Positions 1 to 10,301 of a stretch of 63,888 bases of DNA are shown in pieces. Each line of letters begins with the position of its first letter. Within the stretch, counting starts at the first letter, position 1. Both the position numbers and the translations under genes were made by a program. This stretch comes from a virus, in the IMG/VR virus record IMGVR_UViG_3300020165_000002; one strand, given 5' to 3'. Below the pieces are notes generated by a model. The model was not told the DNA's origin. It was given only the letters and a program-made list of their open reading frames with translations, and did no database searches.

Positions 1-127
1 AAACGGTACTGTAATAACAAACGATGCATCTAATGTAACGGAAACTAGTTTTACTGGTAGCTTAAATAAAAGCTCATTTGGAACAACACCTAATTCATTT
101 AGAGCATACGCAACAAATGTAGCGGGT
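1..127. repeat. Terminal overlap, copy 1 (identical to 63762-63888); signature of a circularly closed assembly
   Basis: First 127 nt and last 127 nt are identical base for base. An ORF is in frame across the join. Confidence 0.9.
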
Positions 128-790
128 ACTACATATAGTTCAATAACAAACGTAAACACTACTGGAGTCAGTAACGAGTCAGGTATAATTTGGAATAATC
201 AAAGCTACACTTATCCTCCTGCTATTGCAAATTATAGTTCTGGAAATATAGCTGCTGGTACTGGTAGTCAGTGGAATCAATTACAAGGTACTTCAACTAC
301 AACTGGAACAATTTCATCAACTATAAGTGAGAATCAAGTTCCGTTAATATCTAACAACACTTATAGATATAAAGCTGTAATGAGACAAGGATCAACTGTT
401 CACTATGGTGCTCAAAAAACTTTTACAGTTCCCGCATCATATGATTTTAGCGCAACTATAACTGTTAGATCTGACCAGATTTATAGCACTATGGCTTATG
501 GATATGGTAGCACTTCGAATTATTTTCCAAGCATGGGTTCGATGACTAGCTATAATTTCGATGGTAATACAATAGCTGGTGTTTGGTTTCAAGACCAATC
601 CTCAACTGATTATTTATATATAAAATTTATGTTTACAAAACCATCTTTTAGCAACTTAGTTATAAATGGAACTAGCTACGGCGCATCTAGCACTTGGTTA
701 TCAGCCGACAGCTCAACATGGAGGAAAGTAGTTACAAGTAACCCAATGGGAACTACTTATGGTTTTGCATCTATAAATATGAGTGTTTAA
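1..790 (+). CDS. C-terminal part of a junction-spanning fibre/adhesin-like structural protein (continues from 62833..63761; 572 aa when circularised)
   Basis: Frame 2 (codons from base 2) is open up to the TAA at 788-790. It is the same frame as the ORF starting at 62833 once 63762 is equated with base 1. Contains 'SFTGSL..FRAYATNVAGTTY', an FN3/Ig-like module typical of Bacteroidetes surface proteins. The track ORF 380..790 is only its tail. Confidence 0.7.
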   Translation, partial: NGTVITNDASNVTETSFTGSLNKSSFGTTPNSFRAYATNVAGTTYSSITNVNTTGVSNESGIIWNNQSYTYPPAIANYSSGNIAAGTGSQWNQLQGTSTTTGTISSTISENQVPLISNNTYRYKAVMRQGSTVHYGAQKTFTVPASYDFSATITVRSDQIYSTMAYGYGSTSNYFPSMGSMTSYNFDGNTIAGVWFQDQSSTDYLYIKFMFTKPSFSNLVINGTSYGASSTWLSADSSTWRKVVTSNPMGTTYGFASINMSV

Positions 791-805
791 ATCTAATAAA
801 AATTA

Positions 806-817
806 TTTGTATATTTG
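806..817 (+). promoter_or_regulatory. Promoter-like box TTTGTATATTTG (Bacteroidetes -7 element TAnnTTTG)
   Basis: Intergenic, 31 nt upstream of the ATG at 849. The same 12-mer recurs at 18025 and 43551, with a variant at 10275. Confidence 0.5.
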
Positions 818-848
818 TGACTAATTAATATTAATTAAATTAAATATA

Positions 849-1088
849 ATGGCAAAAATTACAGACGAGCAATTAAAACAATTGCAAGAACAGGTTAACA
901 CTATTAACCAGAATCAATTACAAATTGGTAATTTAGAAACTCAAAAACACACATTAATTCATAATGGTGTGGAATTACAAAATCAACTTAGAGAGATTCA
1001 AGACGAACTTGAAAAAGAATATGGTAAGGTTACTGTAAATATTTCTACAGGGGAGTACCAAGACATTAAAGAAGAAGAGTCTAAGTAG
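849..1088 (+). CDS. hypothetical protein, coiled-coil (79 aa)
   Basis: ORF after the promoter-like box. Q/L/E heptad-rich sequence. Confidence 0.6.
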   Translation: MAKITDEQLKQLQEQVNTINQNQLQIGNLETQKHTLIHNGVELQNQLREIQDELEKEYGKVTVNISTGEYQDIKEEESK

Positions 1089-1089
1089 C

Positions 1090-1314
1090 ATGCAAATACG
1101 TAAGATATCTATAGGAGCAGACTATAAAGGTAGTGCAATGCATTACCTTTTAGGACAAGATGTCTTGAATGGAAGTTATAATATACATTTAATAGATTAT
1201 AGTTCTGATAAAGAATCTTTTTTAATTTATATTGAAAAGAATAATGAAGTTTTTCTTTGGAAAGAATTTAATAAAAATATTCCTGTTTCTATAGAGTACA
1301 ATATATATTTTTAA
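1090..1314 (+). CDS. hypothetical protein (74 aa)
   Basis: Tightly packed, co-oriented ORF. Confidence 0.55.
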   Translation: MQIRKISIGADYKGSAMHYLLGQDVLNGSYNIHLIDYSSDKESFLIYIEKNNEVFLWKEFNKNIPVSIEYNIYF

Positions 1315-1315
1315 T

Positions 1316-1876
1316 ATGCACTCTCCTTACTACTTTATAATCAAACCTTTAGGTCTTGAGTATAATAATGAAATAGAAATCTCTGGTCAGAAAGTGATTG
1401 TGAACTCTACTGTTGAGAATCATAAACATGTAAATAGATTTGCTAAAGTAGTTCATGTACCTAAAAGGTATAAAGGCAAAATCATTAAAGATGATTTAAT
1501 TATCGTCCACCACAATATATTTAGAATATATTATGATATGAAAGGCCGTCCAAAAAAATCACCAAACTACTTTAAAAATGGGCTATATTTTATAGATGAA
1601 CAGCAGTTTTATTTATATCATAATGGTAAGAAGTGGAATTCTGTTTTAGATTATTGTTTTGTAAAACCTATAGACGTAGAAAATTCGTATCTTTATGAGG
1701 AAGGGTTAGAAGACAATACAGGTTATTTAGTTTACTCAAACAATGAACTTTCTAAACTAGGAGTTAAAGAGGGTGATAAAGTTAACTTCAGGAAAGATAG
1801 TGAATATGAGTTTGAGGTAGATGGAGAACTTTTATACAGAATGAAATCTAGTGATATATGCACGATACTACAATAA
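1316..1876 (+). CDS. hypothetical protein (186 aa)
   Basis: Tightly packed, co-oriented ORF. Confidence 0.6.
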   Translation: MHSPYYFIIKPLGLEYNNEIEISGQKVIVNSTVENHKHVNRFAKVVHVPKRYKGKIIKDDLIIVHHNIFRIYYDMKGRPKKSPNYFKNGLYFIDEQQFYLYHNGKKWNSVLDYCFVKPIDVENSYLYEEGLEDNTGYLVYSNNELSKLGVKEGDKVNFRKDSEYEFEVDGELLYRMKSSDICTILQ

Positions 1877-2142
1877 ATGACATAAAAAAAAGAATTATAC
1901 AGGCAGGTCATGAGGCTGTAAACGAATTAATTAATGTAGCAAAAGAAAAAATTGTAACAGGAACAGAAGATGATGTTTCTGCTGATAGATTAAAAAATGC
2001 AGCTGCTACAAAAAAGTTAGCAATATTTGATGCTTTTGAAATATTAAGCAGAATTGAACAAGAAAAAAGCTACATTGATAATAAACCTATAGAGAAAGAT
2101 AAGAAGTCTTTTAGTGGTTTTGCAGAAAGAAGATCTAAGTAA
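1858..2142 (+). CDS. hypothetical protein; possible small terminase subunit (guess from position only)
   Basis: 94-aa ORF ending in a TAATG overlap with the large terminase start. Confidence 0.35.
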   Translation: MHDTTINDIKKRIIQAGHEAVNELINVAKEKIVTGTEDDVSADRLKNAAATKKLAIFDAFEILSRIEQEKSYIDNKPIEKDKKSFSGFAERRSK

Positions 2143-4358
2143 TGTACAAACAAACTCTATATTTCATAACAAAAGATATTATACCTGAAAAAGTTTTAAA
2201 ACTCAGGAATAAAAAAAAATCTTGGGCTTATGGATATAATAAAGAGTTTGATGTTATTATTATTAGCAAGACAGGTGAGATAGGAGATATTTATTCTATA
2301 CAAGGCCTGATTATTGCATTACCAAAAGAAGATAATGTAGAAAACTCAGAGAAGTGGACTAGAAAAGAATACCCAAAAGAACTAAAGACAATAAAGAGTA
2401 TCTTTGATTGGAGGGATTTGCCAGATGATTTTAAATTAAAATGGCACAAATACATAGATGGTGAATTTAAAAAACGTGAAGAAGGGTATTGGTTTAAAAA
2501 TAAAGGCGTTAGCACTTATATTACTGGCACTCACTATATGTACTTGCAGTGGACCAAGATTGATGTTGGGAACCCAGAGTTTAGGGAAGCAAACAGATTA
2601 TTCTTTATATTCTGGGAGGCTTGTAAAGCAGACAAGCGATGTTATGGAATGTGCTATCTCAAGAATAGACGTTCAGGTTTTTCGTTTATGGCATCCGCAG
2701 AGACGGTTAATTTGGCAACCATATCTTCCGATTCACGCTACGGGATACTGTCCAAATCTGGAGCCGATGCGAAGAAGATGTTCACAGATAAAGTGGTTCC
2801 AATTTCAATCAATTATCCATTCTTTTTCAGACCAATACAGGACGGTATGGATAGACCGAAGACAGAACTTGCCTATAGAGTTCCCGCATCAAAATTTACC
2901 AGAAAAAGATTCGATTCAAAAGATAGACCTCAAGAGATGGAAGGATTGGACACGACCATCGACTGGAAAAACACGGGAGATAACTCCTATGATGGAGAAA
3001 AACTCTCCCTCCTCGTCCACGATGAAGCGGGTAAATGGGAAAAACCAGAAAACATCCTCAACAACTGGAGGGTTACAAAAACAACATTAAGATTAGGTTC
3101 AAGAGTTATAGGTAAATGCATGATGGGTTCAACATCTAATGCATTAGATAAAGGTGGAGAAAACTTTAAAAAGCTATATAATAATTCAGATGTAACTCAG
3201 AGGAATAAAAATGGACAAACACAATCTGGCCTTTACAGTTTGTTTATTCCAATGGAATGGAACTTTGAAGGATATATAGATGAGTATGGTTTTCCTGTAT
3301 TTGAAACTCCTAAAAAAGAAATAAGAGACTCTTACGGAGACATAATTGATACAGGTGTTTTGGATAGTTGGGAAAATGAAGTAGAGGGATTAAAGAATGA
3401 TCCAGATGCATTAAATGAATTTTATAGACAATTTCCAAAAACAGAATCTCATGCTTTTAGAGATGAGTCAAAAAACACTCTATTCAACCTTACAAGAATA
3501 TATGAACAAATAGATTACAATGACTCTTTTGCTGTAAAAACTTCAGTTACAAGAGGTAATTTTCATTGGAAAGCAGGTAAAAGAGATACAGAAGTTATTT
3601 TTTCTCCAGAAACAAAAGGAAGGTTTTTTCTTTCTTGGATTCCTTCACCTGAAATAAGAAACAATGTTATAGATAAAAATGGCAAAAAGTATCCAGGAAA
3701 TAAACACTTGGGCTCTTTTGGAGGAGATTCATATGATATATCTGGAGTTGTAGGAGGAGGAGGATCCAAAGGATCAGTTCATGGAATGACTAAGTTTCAC
3801 ATGGAAGATGCTCCTACTAACATGTTTTTTTTAGAGTATATTTCTAGACCTCAAACTGCTGAAATATTTTATGAAGATGTTTTGATGGCTTTGCATTTTT
3901 ATGGAATGCCTATATTGTTAGAAAACAACAAGCCTAGAATTTTATATTACCTAAAAGAAAGAGGGTACAGAGGTTTTTCTCTTAATAGACCTGATAAACA
4001 TAGAAACGTTTTGTCAAAATCTGAAAAAGAATTAGGCGGTATACCATCTTCATCAGCAGTAATTTCTGTACATGCTGAGAACATAGAAAGCTATATTGAA
4101 GGCCATGTAGGAGTTTTAAGAGATGAAGGTAATATAGATTATGGTAGTTGTGGAAATGTTTTCTTTAACAGGACTTTATTGGATTGGGCAAATTACGATA
4201 TCAATAACAGAACTAAATTTGATGCAACAGTAAGTTCTGGGTTTGCCATTATGGCAAATCAGTCTACTATTAAGAGGGGTGAAGAAAAACGTAATCAAAT
4301 AAATCTTAACTTTGCAAGATACAGTAACAAAGGTTTTGTTAGTGAAATTATTAAATAA
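2142..4358 (+). CDS. terL: terminase large subunit
   Basis: 738 aa. Walker-B-like 'LLVHDEAGKW' and an acidic nuclease-like C-terminal half ('GGDSYDISG'). Lies directly upstream of the portal-sized ORF. Confidence 0.8.
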   Translation: MYKQTLYFITKDIIPEKVLKLRNKKKSWAYGYNKEFDVIIISKTGEIGDIYSIQGLIIALPKEDNVENSEKWTRKEYPKELKTIKSIFDWRDLPDDFKLKWHKYIDGEFKKREEGYWFKNKGVSTYITGTHYMYLQWTKIDVGNPEFREANRLFFIFWEACKADKRCYGMCYLKNRRSGFSFMASAETVNLATISSDSRYGILSKSGADAKKMFTDKVVPISINYPFFFRPIQDGMDRPKTELAYRVPASKFTRKRFDSKDRPQEMEGLDTTIDWKNTGDNSYDGEKLSLLVHDEAGKWEKPENILNNWRVTKTTLRLGSRVIGKCMMGSTSNALDKGGENFKKLYNNSDVTQRNKNGQTQSGLYSLFIPMEWNFEGYIDEYGFPVFETPKKEIRDSYGDIIDTGVLDSWENEVEGLKNDPDALNEFYRQFPKTESHAFRDESKNTLFNLTRIYEQIDYNDSFAVKTSVTRGNFHWKAGKRDTEVIFSPETKGRFFLSWIPSPEIRNNVIDKNGKKYPGNKHLGSFGGDSYDISGVVGGGGSKGSVHGMTKFHMEDAPTNMFFLEYISRPQTAEIFYEDVLMALHFYGMPILLENNKPRILYYLKERGYRGFSLNRPDKHRNVLSKSEKELGGIPSSSAVISVHAENIESYIEGHVGVLRDEGNIDYGSCGNVFFNRTLLDWANYDINNRTKFDATVSSGFAIMANQSTIKRGEEKRNQINLNFARYSNKGFVSEIIK

Positions 4359-4360
4359 AT

Positions 4361-6802
4361 ATGATAAATAAGCCAAGATTCGGATCTGGTGGTGGTTTCC
4401 CAAATCAGTTTGTATCAGATATCGAAAAAGACACTTATGAATACGGTATTCGTGTAGGTCAAGCTATAGAATCTGAATGGTTCTCTAGAGACTACGGAAG
4501 TAGTATGTACGGAGAGTTGCGTTCAGAGTATTTAAAAAGAAGATTATACGCTAGAGGAGATCAACCAGTAGAGAAGTATAAAAATGAATTAGCTATCAAT
4601 GGTGATTTATCTTATCTTAATCTTGATTGGACTCCAGTACCTATCATCCCTAAGTTTGTAGATGTAGTCGTTAATGGAATATCTAATAGATTATTAGATG
4701 TGAAAGTAGAGGCTGTAGATGATTTATCTTCCATGAAGAAGCAAATGTTTCGTAATGAAATGTACACTGACATGGTTGGTAAAGATATATTGACTATGGT
4801 TAAAAACGAAACTGGAGTTGATGCTTTTAATAATCCACAAGATGAAGTTCCTGATACTGAAGAAGAGTTAAATCTATATATGGATTTAAGGTATAAGCAA
4901 GCTATAGAGGTTGCTGAAGAGACTGCCATTAAAACAATAATGGAAATTAACGAATATGAAGAAACAAAAAGGAGAGTAGATGAAGACAATGTTGTTTTAG
5001 GTATATCTGCTTTAAAACACTCTTTTGATGTTCATGATGGAGTTAAAATAGAATATGTAGATCCAGTTAATTTTGTTTACTCACCTACAGAAGACCCTAA
5101 CTTTAAAGATTGTTATTATTTTGGTGAATTGAAATCAGTTCATGTTACAGAGTTAAAAAAAATAAACCCAGATCTTACTCAAGAAGATATTGAAAAAATA
5201 TCTAAACTTGCTAGTAGATTTGACGGATATAGAAGTACACAGAATTTACAAACACAGAGTGGGTTAGACAAGTCTAATGTTTCTTTATTATATTTTTGTT
5301 ACAAAACAGATAAAGAGATTGTATACAAAGTAAAAGAAACTGCAAACGGTGGTCAGAATTCAATCGAAAAGGATTCCTCATTTAATCCACCTGAAGAAAG
5401 TCAAGAAAGATTTAAAAAAGTATCTAGAAGAATAGATGTTTGGTATGAAGGTGTATTAGTTATGGGAACTAATCACTTGTTAAAGTGGGAAGTTATGGCT
5501 AATATGGTTAGACCTAAGTCAGCTTTTCAAAGAGCATTACCTCCATATATTGTTTCTGCTATAAAAATGTCTAAAGGGAACATAGATTCTTTGGTTAAAA
5601 GAATGATTCCTTTTGCAGATCAAATACAATTAACTCATTTAAAGTTACAACAAGTAGTTGCAAAAATGATACCAGATGGTGTGTTTATTGATGCAGATGG
5701 TTTGAATAGTGTTGATTTAGGTAATGGAGCTTCATATAATCCTTCAGAAGCTTTATCTATGTACTTCCAAACAGGTAGTGTTATAGGTAGAAGTTATACT
5801 GAAGATGGAGACTTCAATAATGCCAGAGTTCCAATTCAAGAGCTTACAAGTAGTGGTTCTAATGCAAAGATTCAAAGTCTTATTGCTATGTACAACTACC
5901 AACTTAATATGATAAGAGCTGTTACTGGTATTAATGAAGCTAGAGACGGTTCAACACCAAGTGAGCATTCTTTAGTGGGTGTTCAGAAGTTAGCTGCTTT
6001 GAATAGTAATACAGCTACAAGACATATTGTACAGTCAGGAATTACAATTACAAAAAGAATTGCTACCGCTGTTTCTTATAGAATATCTGATATTATGATG
6101 TATTCTGATTTTGCTGATGATTTTGCAAAAATGATTGGTAAAAACAACATGGCTGTTGTTGAAGAAATATTAGGAGTTCACTTGCATGACTTTGGTGTGT
6201 TTATAGAAATAGAACCAGATGAGGAAGAAAAAGCTTTATTAGAGCAAAACATTCAACAATCTATACAATCTAAAGTTTTAGATTTGGACGATGCAATTGA
6301 TATAAGAGCTGTTAAAAATGTAACTCTAGCAAACTCTTTACTTAAGATAAGAAAAAAGAAAAAAAGAAAAGAAGACTTAGATATTCAGCAGCAAAACATT
6401 CAAATGCAAAGTAAGGCTAACGCTGAATCAGCGCAAGCTGCGTCTCAAGCAAGAGTACAAGAAGAGCAACAAAAATCTCAATTAGAATCTCAAATGATCC
6501 AAATGAAAAGTGATTTAGAGATGAAGAAAATGCAGGCTGATAAAGAGGTTCAAAAAGAATTGATGCAAATGAAACATCAGTTTGATTTACAATTAAAACA
6601 AATGGAAACAGATAATGTTTCTAATAAAGAGAAATATAAGGAAGACAGGAAAGATAGTAGGACAGATAAACAAGCTACTCAACAAAGTAGATTGATTAGT
6701 CAAAGAAAAAAAGACCTACCTCCAGTTGACTTTAATAAATCAGGAGATGCTAACCAAATAATGAATAATTTAAGTGGTCAAATAGCTCCAGAAAACATGT
6801 AG
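4361..6802 (+). CDS. portal protein
   Basis: 813 aa. Sits between terL and the scaffold/capsid ORFs. Long Q/K/E-rich coiled-coil C-terminus, as in podovirus portal barrels. Confidence 0.7.
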   Translation: MINKPRFGSGGGFPNQFVSDIEKDTYEYGIRVGQAIESEWFSRDYGSSMYGELRSEYLKRRLYARGDQPVEKYKNELAINGDLSYLNLDWTPVPIIPKFVDVVVNGISNRLLDVKVEAVDDLSSMKKQMFRNEMYTDMVGKDILTMVKNETGVDAFNNPQDEVPDTEEELNLYMDLRYKQAIEVAEETAIKTIMEINEYEETKRRVDEDNVVLGISALKHSFDVHDGVKIEYVDPVNFVYSPTEDPNFKDCYYFGELKSVHVTELKKINPDLTQEDIEKISKLASRFDGYRSTQNLQTQSGLDKSNVSLLYFCYKTDKEIVYKVKETANGGQNSIEKDSSFNPPEESQERFKKVSRRIDVWYEGVLVMGTNHLLKWEVMANMVRPKSAFQRALPPYIVSAIKMSKGNIDSLVKRMIPFADQIQLTHLKLQQVVAKMIPDGVFIDADGLNSVDLGNGASYNPSEALSMYFQTGSVIGRSYTEDGDFNNARVPIQELTSSGSNAKIQSLIAMYNYQLNMIRAVTGINEARDGSTPSEHSLVGVQKLAALNSNTATRHIVQSGITITKRIATAVSYRISDIMMYSDFADDFAKMIGKNNMAVVEEILGVHLHDFGVFIEIEPDEEEKALLEQNIQQSIQSKVLDLDDAIDIRAVKNVTLANSLLKIRKKKKRKEDLDIQQQNIQMQSKANAESAQAASQARVQEEQQKSQLESQMIQMKSDLEMKKMQADKEVQKELMQMKHQFDLQLKQMETDNVSNKEKYKEDRKDSRTDKQATQQSRLISQRKKDLPPVDFNKSGDANQIMNNLSGQIAPENM

Positions 6803-6845
6803 TTTTTTTAACTAATTTTGTAGAATAATTTAAATCTAATCTAAT

Positions 6846-7961
6846 ATGAACAAAGATGATCAAGACGTTGACTATAAAGTCAACTTATCAAATCCACCTG
6901 TAGAAGAACAGGTTGAAGAAAATAAAGAGGAAGATTCTGTTGAGAATCAAGAAACTGAATCTAAAGAAGAGGAAGTTATAGACCAACAGGTTGAAGAAAA
7001 AAAGGAAGAGGTAGAGGAAGAACCTACACCAGTTTCCAAAGAAGAAATGATTGGAGAGTACCTTACTAATAAGTACAGTATGGGACTTGAAGATCTAGAT
7101 AACGTTCTTTCAAATAAAAACAAGAATACTCAAGTTTTACCTGAAGAGGTTGAAAAGTATTTAAAGTTTAAAGATGAAACCAAAAGAGGTTTAAAAGACT
7201 TCGTAAAAGCTAATGAAGATTTTAGTGATTATGATGAGTCATCTTTATTAAAAGAATACTACAGACAATCTAATCCAGAGCTAGATGATTCTGATATTAA
7301 TTATTTAATAGAAGATAAGTTTGCTTTAGATGAAAGTGTTGATACAGACACAGATAAGAGAAGGAAAATTCTTGAGAAGAAACAAGAGCTTTATAAAGCT
7401 AAACAGTATTTTGAGCAAACAAAGGAAAAATACAATGCTCCACTTGAGTCAAGTATGGAGGGTATTCCAGAGGAAGCAAAAGAGGCTGTTCAGTTTTATC
7501 AGCAATATAACGATGAAAAGGCAAAAGAGCAAGAAGTAATCTCTAGACAAAGACAATCTTTTGAAGAGAAAACTTCTAAGTTTTTTAACAATGATTTCAA
7601 AGGTTTTGAATTCAAAATTGGGGAAAAAACATTAAACTTTCAACCTAAAGACAAGCAAAAAGTTGTAGACAAGCAATTAAACTTGAACAATTTTATTAAT
7701 TCGTTTTTAGATGACAAAGGTGTTCTAAAGGATGCAAAGAAGTATCATACCGCCTTAAACATGGCTATGAACCCAGAGGCTTACGCTAAGTTCTTTTATG
7801 AACAAGGTAAATCCGATGCGGTAGATGACGTGGTTAAGAAAGGTAAAAACATAGATATGAATGTGCGTTCTAAGGTTGATTCATCAAAGCCAGGAGCAAA
7901 ATACAGAGTCGTAGAAAGCGGCAAAGGATTTTCATCTGGACTGAGAATTAAAAAAAAATAA
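6846..7961 (+). CDS. scaffolding protein (putative)
   Basis: 371 aa, very acidic and E/K-rich with predicted coiled coil. Located between portal and capsid ORFs. Confidence 0.55.
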   Translation: MNKDDQDVDYKVNLSNPPVEEQVEENKEEDSVENQETESKEEEVIDQQVEEKKEEVEEEPTPVSKEEMIGEYLTNKYSMGLEDLDNVLSNKNKNTQVLPEEVEKYLKFKDETKRGLKDFVKANEDFSDYDESSLLKEYYRQSNPELDDSDINYLIEDKFALDESVDTDTDKRRKILEKKQELYKAKQYFEQTKEKYNAPLESSMEGIPEEAKEAVQFYQQYNDEKAKEQEVISRQRQSFEEKTSKFFNNDFKGFEFKIGEKTLNFQPKDKQKVVDKQLNLNNFINSFLDDKGVLKDAKKYHTALNMAMNPEAYAKFFYEQGKSDAVDDVVKKGKNIDMNVRSKVDSSKPGAKYRVVESGKGFSSGLRIKKK

Positions 7962-7984
7962 TAAACGCTTAAAAATTTAAAAAA

Positions 7985-9376
7985 ATGGCACAATCTATTA
8001 ATTTTGACGGGTCTGCAGGAGCACAAATCAGTGGTTCTACATCCCTAACACCTGCACCAGGAAAGAGTTTAGGTAATTCTAACTACCTTTCTAATGCAGA
8101 TTACACATTTGCACAACAATATTTACCAGACTTGTATGAACAAGAATTTGAAAGATACGGTAATCGTACCGTAGCATCTTTCTTAAGAATGGTAGGTGCA
8201 GAAATTCCTTCTTCTTCTGATTTAATCAAATGGAGTGAGCAAGGAAGATTACATGTTCAAGCTTCAGGTACTGTTACAGATGCAGAAGAAATTACTGTAG
8301 CTGGACATAGCTTTAGAGAAAACCAAACAATTATCGTTTCAAAAGCTGGAAGTCAGGCTAAATGTCTTATTACCGCTGTAGCTACTGATACGATTACTGT
8401 TAAAACTTTCGCATCTTTAGATTTATTTAACGTAGCTGGAACTGACGCTGCTGGACCATTTGATGACAATGACCCTGTAAAGCTTTTTGTTTTCGGTTCT
8501 GAATTCAAAAAAGGTTCTGCTGGAATGGTAGGTTCTTTAGAAGCTGATTTCGAAGCTAAAGAGAACAGTCCAATTATCATCAAAGACAAATACGAAGTAT
8601 CTGGATCTGAGATGGCACACGTTGGATGGGTAGAAGTAACTAGTGAAGGTGGAGCAAACGGATATTTATGGTACTTAAAATCTGAGTCTGAAACAAGATT
8701 AAGATTTGAAGACTATTTAGAAACTTCAATGATTGAAGGGGAGCCTGCTGCTTCTGGTTCTGGAGCTGCAACAGCTGGGTACAAAGGTACAAAAGGTCTT
8801 TTCTATGAAGTAGAAAATGGCGGAAACGTAACTACAGGTACTATTGACTCAAGAGAAGATCTTGAAGATATCGCAAAAGTTCTTGATAAAGAAGGAGCGA
8901 TTCAAGAAAATGTAATGTTCGTAAATAGAGCAACATCTTTCGATATAGATAAAGTATTAGCTGCACAAAACAACAATGGAGCGTCTACTGCATCTTACGG
9001 ATTATTTGACAATGACGAAGATATGGCATTAAACCTTGGATTCTCAGGATTCCGTATTGGTTATGACTTTTACAAGTCTGACTGGAAATACTTAAACGAT
9101 GCTACTACTAGAGGTAACATTGGAGGTATTGATGGTATCATTGTTCCTGCTGGAACAGTAACTGTTTACGATCAAGTTCTTGGAGAAAATGCTAAGAGAC
9201 CATTCTTACATGTTCGATACAGAGTATCTCCTACTGAAGACAGAAAATATAAGTCTTGGGTAGTTGGTTCTGCTGGTGGAGCTGCAACTAGCGGTGATGA
9301 CAAAATGGAAGTTCACTTCTTGTCTGAGCGTGCTCTTTGTACAATGGGAGCTAATAACTTCATTTTAATGAAGTAG
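7985..9376 (+). CDS. major capsid protein (putative)
   Basis: 463 aa. Follows the scaffold ORF and is followed by a strong intrinsic terminator, typical of a highly expressed capsid gene. Confidence 0.65.
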   Translation: MAQSINFDGSAGAQISGSTSLTPAPGKSLGNSNYLSNADYTFAQQYLPDLYEQEFERYGNRTVASFLRMVGAEIPSSSDLIKWSEQGRLHVQASGTVTDAEEITVAGHSFRENQTIIVSKAGSQAKCLITAVATDTITVKTFASLDLFNVAGTDAAGPFDDNDPVKLFVFGSEFKKGSAGMVGSLEADFEAKENSPIIIKDKYEVSGSEMAHVGWVEVTSEGGANGYLWYLKSESETRLRFEDYLETSMIEGEPAASGSGAATAGYKGTKGLFYEVENGGNVTTGTIDSREDLEDIAKVLDKEGAIQENVMFVNRATSFDIDKVLAAQNNNGASTASYGLFDNDEDMALNLGFSGFRIGYDFYKSDWKYLNDATTRGNIGGIDGIIVPAGTVTVYDQVLGENAKRPFLHVRYRVSPTEDRKYKSWVVGSAGGAATSGDDKMEVHFLSERALCTMGANNFILMK

Positions 9377-9384
9377 TACATATT

Positions 9385-9423
9385 AGGGAATTGGGTCGCG
9401 TAGCGGCCCTCTCCCTTTTTTTT
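9385..9423 (+). terminator. Rho-independent terminator after the capsid gene
   Basis: GC-rich hairpin (AGGGA..GGGTCGC-GTA-GCGGCCC..TCCCT) followed by T8. Confidence 0.75.
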
Positions 9424-9446
9424 AATCTAATTTAATCTTAAATAAA

Positions 9447-10223
9447 ATGGCAACAAGAAATGCAACAAAAGCGTTTGGATACAACTCAGTTTTTCCAAAC
9501 CTAGAGCAAAAACAAAGAGTTTTTGTAATAAAGGAGAATAAATCTCCTATCCGTTTAATGATAGCGGTAAAACACACATCAAGAAAACCTTTAACTTTTT
9601 TCGACGGAAAATTAAACAGGGCACTTAGGTATGCAACTAATCAACTTACTCCTTTTATGGATGAGCAAGATGGTGTTGTTACTATGGAGCCTATCGTTTT
9701 TGATAATGGTACTTTAATTGTTCCTGCTTGGAATGTAAACTTGCAGAAGTTTTTATTAATTCACCCTCAGTTTAACAAAACTTTTTTTGAATTAGACAAA
9801 GAAGCAAACGCAAGTAAAGAAGTTGAAAGTATATACTCAGAATTAGATGCTCAAATAGAAGCTAAGAATCTTAACATTGATGATTTAGAGGCTATAGCTA
9901 GAGTATGTATGAAAGGAAGTATATCTTTAATGACTTCTTCAGAATTAAGAAGAGATATGATTATATGGGCAAAGAAAAACCCATCTGAATTTATGTCTTT
10001 ATTAAATGATGAAAACCTTAAATTAAGAAATATAGCTGTAAGAGCAGTAGAACAAGGTATATTACACATTAATAGTGATAACAGGACTGTCGTATGGAAA
10101 GACAAGAAAAAAGAGAAAATAATGGTCGCTCCTTTTGGAGAAAACGTTTATAGTTCTCTTGGTTTATTCTTTAAAACAGACGAAGGTCTTGATGTTTTAC
10201 AAAACATTACAAACAAATTATAA
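9447..10223 (+). CDS. hypothetical virion-module protein (258 aa)
   Basis: ORF bracketed by two terminators within the structural arc. Confidence 0.55.
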   Translation: MATRNATKAFGYNSVFPNLEQKQRVFVIKENKSPIRLMIAVKHTSRKPLTFFDGKLNRALRYATNQLTPFMDEQDGVVTMEPIVFDNGTLIVPAWNVNLQKFLLIHPQFNKTFFELDKEANASKEVESIYSELDAQIEAKNLNIDDLEAIARVCMKGSISLMTSSELRRDMIIWAKKNPSEFMSLLNDENLKLRNIAVRAVEQGILHINSDNRTVVWKDKKKEKIMVAPFGENVYSSLGLFFKTDEGLDVLQNITNKL

Positions 10224-10246
10224 TTACTTTATCACTTAATAACAGA

Positions 10247-10277
10247 AGAGGTCGCAAATTGTGACCTCTTTTTTTTT
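10247..10277 (+). terminator. Rho-independent terminator
   Basis: 7-bp stem AGAGGTC/GACCTCT with a 9-nt loop, then a T-run. Confidence 0.75.
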
Positions 10278-10286
10278 GTATTTTTG
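10275..10286 (+). promoter_or_regulatory. Promoter-like box TTTGTATTTTTG
   Basis: TAnnTTTG element 15 nt upstream of the ATG at 10302. Confidence 0.5.
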
Positions 10287-10301
10287 TAAAAAATATATCC
10301 T

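Noticed and set aside
1-127. The 127-bp terminal identity as a genuine direct terminal repeat of the virion DNA
   Set aside because: The length equals a common assembler k-mer, and the repeat lies in the middle of a structural gene. A biological terminus there would be unusual; real ends need read-based mapping.
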